A stretch of DNA of 64,000 nucleotides from Bacteroidota bacterium (GTDB lineage Bacteria; Bacteroidota; Bacteroidia; J057; JADKCL01), in the NCBI GenBank assembly GCA_016718825.1, contig JADKCL010000004.1, positions 91,277 through 155,276 of the forward strand, read 5' to 3'. Under the pieces are notes generated by a model that saw only the letters and a list, made by a program, of their open reading frames with translations, did not search any database and was not told the origin of the DNA. The first letter of the stretch is position 1. Each line of letters opens with the position of its first letter. Both the position numbers and the translations under genes were made by a program. Shown piece after piece: positions 59,157 through 64,000 of this stretch.

Positions 59157-60821
59157 ATGAAATCAAAAATCACCCTCACCCTTCTTTTTCTGCTGGCCTG
59201 TCGACTTTCCGCTGCGACTTGGTATGTGGCCACGACGGGCAACGATGCCAATCCCGGCACACTCACCGACCCGCTGCTGACCCTCGATGAAGCTATCTTG
59301 CAGGCCAATCCGGGCGATGTGATCGAACTTCGAGGCGGGAACTATATCAGCAATGAAGTCCGCGTCACCAAAAGCAACCTTACCATCCGCTCCTACCCCG
59401 GCGAATGGGCTGTACTTACCGCTGTCACGAATGTCGAAAACACCGCAAGCTGCATTTGGTACAATGAGCCGGATGTAAACGGCGGCACATTGGAAAACCT
59501 TGAAATCATCGGCGGCTATTATTACGGCGTGAGTTTCGAGACGAATTGGGATTGGGGTGGCGCTCCGCAAGACCGTCACGGGGTCAGTAACATCACGATT
59601 CGCAATTGCAAAATCCACGATACCGGACGAGACTGCATCAAAATCAAGCCTGGATGCGATGGAATTCAAATCCTTGGCTGCGAATTGTACAATTCGGGCG
59701 TAGGACCGGGCAATGCCCTTGATCCAAATGCAGAAGGCATTGACAACGTCAACGGCGATGGAATGGTCGTGCGCAATTGCCATATCCATCATACCTCCAC
59801 CTCGGGCGTCTATGCCAAAGGGGGCGCAGATGGTTGTATCATCGACGAAAACCTGATCCGTGAAACGGGCGAGGCAGGCATTTTGCTGGGTTTTTATACC
59901 GATGCCGAATACTTTGACGAAGTCGCCAATCCGGGCATGTTTGAATGTCGCAACAGCATTGCACGCAACAACATCATCGTCAACACAGGCGGAGCTGGAA
60001 TCGGATTTTTTGCCGCCCAAAACTGCCGAGCCGAACACAACACGGTTGTCACCGCCTCCCCGAGCTTTCACAGCCCATTGTTCATTTCCAAAGGCGATAT
60101 TTGGGTCAGCAATAGCCTCACACTCACCCCATCCAATGAGAACATCACTGTGATCAACAATATTTTTGTGGACGAAAGCGGCACAGGCCAAGACGACTAC
60201 ACGGTACAGGTTCGTGAAGGCGCACTTACAGGCACCAACACGATCAATCACAATATTTTCCAAAAGACGACAGGCACAGCAACTTTTGACGACGGCATCG
60301 CTTGGCCCGCAATGACCTTCGCCCAATGGCAATCCACCATGGGGTTGGATGCACAAAGTCAGGAAGTAGATCCTGATTTGGATTCAGAATATCACCTGAA
60401 TGCTGGAAGTCCGGCGGTTGATGCCGCAATGGCCTCGAGCACAACCTATGATTATGATTTTAACCTCCGCGCTGGAACGGCAGACATCGGCGCCGACGAA
60501 TTTGGGGCCGGAACAAACCTCAGCACACCGCCACAAACTGGCGTGATCGGTACTGGTTCGCCCAATACCTTGCAATCGGCCACCCCCGCGCAAGGAATGC
60601 TGGAAATTCAAGTTTGGCCCAATCCCTCATCAGAAATTATTCACGTTCAAGCAGATAGGGAACGGATCAACGCGCTGTCGGTGGTGGACCTCGCGGGACG
60701 AATCGTGCTGCAATCAAAGGTTGCTGAATTTTCAGTTGCCGAAGTTCCAGCAGGAATCTATTGTCTGCAGGTTCATACGACCAAGGGTCAACAAACCATT
60801 CGAATTCAAATTGTACACTGA
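59157..60821 (+). CDS. right-handed parallel beta-helix (pectate-lyase-fold) secreted protein with T9SS CTD
   Basis: YVATTGNDANPGT, PGDVIELRGG, repeated I.NC.IH..G units, LNAGSPAVDA, VWPNPSSE. Confidence 0.87.
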   Translation: MKSKITLTLLFLLACRLSAATWYVATTGNDANPGTLTDPLLTLDEAILQANPGDVIELRGGNYISNEVRVTKSNLTIRSYPGEWAVLTAVTNVENTASCIWYNEPDVNGGTLENLEIIGGYYYGVSFETNWDWGGAPQDRHGVSNITIRNCKIHDTGRDCIKIKPGCDGIQILGCELYNSGVGPGNALDPNAEGIDNVNGDGMVVRNCHIHHTSTSGVYAKGGADGCIIDENLIRETGEAGILLGFYTDAEYFDEVANPGMFECRNSIARNNIIVNTGGAGIGFFAAQNCRAEHNTVVTASPSFHSPLFISKGDIWVSNSLTLTPSNENITVINNIFVDESGTGQDDYTVQVREGALTGTNTINHNIFQKTTGTATFDDGIAWPAMTFAQWQSTMGLDAQSQEVDPDLDSEYHLNAGSPAVDAAMASSTTYDYDFNLRAGTADIGADEFGAGTNLSTPPQTGVIGTGSPNTLQSATPAQGMLEIQVWPNPSSEIIHVQADRERINALSVVDLAGRIVLQSKVAEFSVAEVPAGIYCLQVHTTKGQQTIRIQIVH

Positions 60822-60839
60822 ATTTCTTTACCAACATCT

Positions 60840-60880
60840 CATCCCGCGACGGGCTCCCCGCCCGTGCGGGATGTTTTTTT
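60840..60880 (+). terminator. rho-independent terminator
   Basis: CATCCCGC..ACGGG / CCCGT GCGGGATG stem followed by T7. Confidence 0.85.
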
Positions 60881-61048
60881 CCATTGCCGCTTTATGAAAT
60901 TTCCCCAAACATCTTTCCCGGTTGTCCTTTCCTTTGGAGAATGCACCTGTGCATACGCGGCGATTCGCCCGCCGATGAAGGGCCGAGCCAATCCAACAAT
61001 ACTTGGATTTCAAGCACCAACTAGCGTATTTCAATAAAATTTGGCCAA

Positions 61049-64000
61049 ATGCGCCTTTGTCTCCTTTTCATGCTGACTTGTTGGAGCTTCGCGATGGCGC
61101 AGCCACCCCGGCATTTTAGACATTTCACGGAAAAGGACGGCTTGAGCGACAGCAGGGTGCAAGCCATCGTCCGCGACGGACAAGGATTTCTCTGGGTAGG
61201 CACCGCCAATGGCCTCAATCGCTACGACGGCTACAACTTCAAGCACTATCTTCCCGATCCGATTCACCCTGAGCGATCCGTCTGCAACGAACTGATCCAC
61301 GATCTCAAAATTGACCAAAAAGGACAAATGTGGATCGCCACCGCCAACGGACTCAATCGTTACAATCCTCAAAACCAGACCTTTCGCAAATGGATCAATG
61401 AAGGTCGAAACGATGGTTCGTTGCCCAATCCCTTGATTTGGAACCTGGCAATGGATGCACAGGATCGGTTGTGGCTGTCGGTTGATAACAAAGGATTGTG
61501 TAGGTATGACGCTGCCACGGACAAGTTTATCGTCTATCCTTGGCGCGAATTTGTGCGAAAAACCTTTCCGGAGAGGCTGCCGGATGCCTATCTGAAGATC
61601 TATCAAATCGATCAAAGGTCACCCACGGCATTTTGGCTACAAACCAACATTGGCGTCTTTTCATTCGACTGGAAGCAAGAACGGTTTGCCTACCATCCGA
61701 TGCCCAAGTCATTTCCAATCGCCACCTCCGTCACGAATTGCAAGGAGGAAACCTATTTTGGCAGTTGGTACCAAAATCTGCTTCGCTATGATCCTTGCGC
61801 TGGAGAATGGACCCAAATCTGCATTCCAGCGCCAAACGCGCCTGAATGTACAGGACAACATGTCACCAATATTTGGCCTTACAAAGGCGGGAAGCTGATT
61901 CTGACGCAACTGGGCATTTATTGGTTGCCCAATGGTGGTTTCCAAGTTCAGGCGATCCAAGGTTTTGAACATGAGGAGGAAGAATTGCCGCGCGGAATCG
62001 TTCACAAGGCTTTTACAGACAACGACCAAGGACTCTGGCTGGGCGGCGAATCCGGGCTTTGGCTGGCCGAACCACAGCAACTGAACTTCAAGTACGTTCC
62101 CCTCCGTGACCAGGCGATTTTTGACAATGCCAATTGTTATCCCCGCTTTTTGGAATTGCCAGGCCGACGGCTTTTGACCCTCAATTTCTATTACCATCAA
62201 TTGCTCTTGATTCGAAACGGCGAAACGGAAAAAAGCATCGACCTTCCGCCAAAATCGGCATTGTTGCACCGCGATCGTTCCGGAAAAATCTGGGTTGGCG
62301 GGGGGAATCAGCTTTTCAACTTTGATCTTAAGAACTTCGAATTGATTCCATTCCCGATCAATGCCGCAGGCTGGATTCCGCCAGCAAATGGGTATTTTCA
62401 GGACATGGCCGAAGACCACGAAGGAAACTTTTGGTTTGCGCATTTCAACAACGGCGCATTGGTCTGGAAACCGAAAACACAAACTTGGTGGATCCCGGAC
62501 AGCAGCCAAGGGTTTATCAGCAAGCATGTTACATCCATTGTGACCGATAGCGCACACGCAACGGTCTATCTCGGGACCGAGGACTACGGGTTGTTTGTGT
62601 ATGACGCCAAAACCAATCAGTTCGAGCTTTTCCAGCACGATCCTTCCAACCCGGAAAGCAGCCTTGCGGCGTATACTGTTTTTGATTTGTGTTTGGACCC
62701 CGATGGTGCGGTTTGGGCAGCCACAGACCCTGGCGGTGTTTCCCGGTTTGATCCCAAAGCCCCCGCGGGCCAGCAATTCTTCAACATTCGCGCCCAAAAC
62801 GGGCTTCCGGGAAACCGTGTCACCAACTTGCTGTTTGATCAGCGCGGACGACTTTGGGTCTGTACTTTGGGCGGATTGGCTTGCTTGGACAAAACCACGG
62901 GTCGCATTCGTGCTTTTACCAAGGATGATGGCCTTCCAAAGGAATTTCTGGATCAGGCTTTGTCATTGATGGAAGACGGCAGCATCCTGAACAGCACGGT
63001 GTACGGCTATTTCAAGTTCCATCCTGATAGCCTCCTGCAGGAAAATCCGCAATCGGAGGTTCACTTGACCTCTTTCAAAATCTTTGACTCCGAAATCGGG
63101 GATTCGCTGTTGCTCGGCGGGCTCAAACAGCTGGATTTGAGCTGGAAACAGAACTATTTCCAATTCGAATTTGCCAGCCGCGACATCTTGTCGGCGGGAA
63201 AAACGGAATATGCGTACCGCCTTCAGGGTTTTGATGCCAATTGGCGAAAAAACGGCCATCGGCATGTGGCGAGCTATACCAATGTACCCCCCGGCGATTA
63301 CGTTTTGGAGGTGAAGTCGGGCATCGAAGGTCGCTGGAACACGCCTGGAATGCGCTTGCCCATCCATATCGCGCCCCCATTTTGGGTAACTTGGTGGTTC
63401 CGTATTGCGGTCATTTTGGGATGCTGCGCCTTGATTTACAGCATTTACAGGTTCCGAATCCGGCAAATTAGACGTGAGGAAGCACTCAAAACCGATTTCA
63501 ACCATCGGATTGCCCGCACCGAAATGGCGGCATTGCGCGCGCAGATGAATCCGCATTTTGTATTCAATTGCCTGAGCTCGATCAACCGGTTCATCATGGT
63601 GAATCAACCCGAGGAGGCATCGGCCTATTTGACCAAGTTTTCGCGGTTGATCCGACTGATCCTGGACAATTCCCGCACCGATACCGTCGTGCTGAGCAAG
63701 GAATTGGAGGCACTCAAGCTCTATATCGAAATGGAGCAAATGCGCTTTGCCGATCGCTTTGAATATTCCTTGGAAATCGATCCGCAGCTTCAAGTTGAGC
63801 ACTTGGAGATTCCACCGTTGCTGATCCAACCTTACGTCGAAAATGCCATTTGGCATGGGTTGATGCACAAAAAAGAAGGATGTATGCTCACCATCCGGTT
63901 GTACCCGCAGGGAAAACGTCTTTGCATTGAAATCGAAGACAACGGCGTCGGGCGGGCCAAAGCCATGGAACTCAAAAGCCGTTCGGCGACGGCCCAAAAA
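61049..64000 (+). CDS. two-component sensor: beta-propeller, Y_Y_Y domain, TM helix and LytS/YehU-type histidine kinase (runs off the window end)
   Basis: Not in the ORF track (no stop in window). MRLCLLF...HFTEKDGLS, LWVGTANGLNRYDG; YTNVPPGDY; LRAQMNPHFVFNCL, LIQPYVENAIWHG, EDNGVGR. Confidence 0.93.
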   Translation, partial: MRLCLLFMLTCWSFAMAQPPRHFRHFTEKDGLSDSRVQAIVRDGQGFLWVGTANGLNRYDGYNFKHYLPDPIHPERSVCNELIHDLKIDQKGQMWIATANGLNRYNPQNQTFRKWINEGRNDGSLPNPLIWNLAMDAQDRLWLSVDNKGLCRYDAATDKFIVYPWREFVRKTFPERLPDAYLKIYQIDQRSPTAFWLQTNIGVFSFDWKQERFAYHPMPKSFPIATSVTNCKEETYFGSWYQNLLRYDPCAGEWTQICIPAPNAPECTGQHVTNIWPYKGGKLILTQLGIYWLPNGGFQVQAIQGFEHEEEELPRGIVHKAFTDNDQGLWLGGESGLWLAEPQQLNFKYVPLRDQAIFDNANCYPRFLELPGRRLLTLNFYYHQLLLIRNGETEKSIDLPPKSALLHRDRSGKIWVGGGNQLFNFDLKNFELIPFPINAAGWIPPANGYFQDMAEDHEGNFWFAHFNNGALVWKPKTQTWWIPDSSQGFISKHVTSIVTDSAHATVYLGTEDYGLFVYDAKTNQFELFQHDPSNPESSLAAYTVFDLCLDPDGAVWAATDPGGVSRFDPKAPAGQQFFNIRAQNGLPGNRVTNLLFDQRGRLWVCTLGGLACLDKTTGRIRAFTKDDGLPKEFLDQALSLMEDGSILNSTVYGYFKFHPDSLLQENPQSEVHLTSFKIFDSEIGDSLLLGGLKQLDLSWKQNYFQFEFASRDILSAGKTEYAYRLQGFDANWRKNGHRHVASYTNVPPGDYVLEVKSGIEGRWNTPGMRLPIHIAPPFWVTWWFRIAVILGCCALIYSIYRFRIRQIRREEALKTDFNHRIARTEMAALRAQMNPHFVFNCLSSINRFIMVNQPEEASAYLTKFSRLIRLILDNSRTDTVVLSKELEALKLYIEMEQMRFADRFEYSLEIDPQLQVEHLEIPPLLIQPYVENAIWHGLMHKKEGCMLTIRLYPQGKRLCIEIEDNGVGRAKAMELKSRSATAQK

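Noticed and set aside
59163-63997. Long minus-strand ORFs 59163-60356, 61031-61615, 61709-62797 and 62963-63997
   Set aside because: Antisense to the beta-helix gene and to the uninterrupted plus-strand histidine kinase that the ORF track omitted.
1-64000. CRISPR array, tRNA, rRNA, IS element or integron
   Set aside because: No regularly spaced 23-47-nt repeats, cloverleaf or T-loop signature, rRNA-like tract, transposase or integrase, and no repeated attC-like boundary was seen by eye.

Overview
64 kb chromosomal window from a Bacteroidota bacterium. Evidence: gldD/gldE, several T9SS C-terminal-domain proteins, fused ccoNO, and TAnnTTTG -7 promoters. 1-14.7 kb is core genome: a cbb3 oxidase operon (usp-ccoI-ccoS-ccoNO-ccoQ-ccoP-ccoG), gldD-gldE, mutY, HU, a TPR protein, a small bS22-like gene and RNase E/G. 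15-64 kb is a mosaic of secreted or lipoprotein genes and many small, self-contained accessory genes: ftcD, RhuM-family, dinD, solo toxin-antitoxin parts, repair enzymes, a vWA/AAA pair, four tail-fibre-like proteins, WcaF/GT2/CMAH-like genes and a propeller histidine kinase. I found no rRNA, tRNA, CRISPR array, transposase or integrase. About eight genes are broken by single-base indels, mostly at homopolymers, which most likely reflects assembly error. Most unusual signal: both the dinD and RhuM-family genes carry an in-frame DNA palindrome. A second, near-perfect 46-bp copy of the dinD palindrome sits upstream of dinD and differs from the genic copy by base-pair-compensating substitutions. 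All family assignments come from motif recognition by eye, not from database searches.
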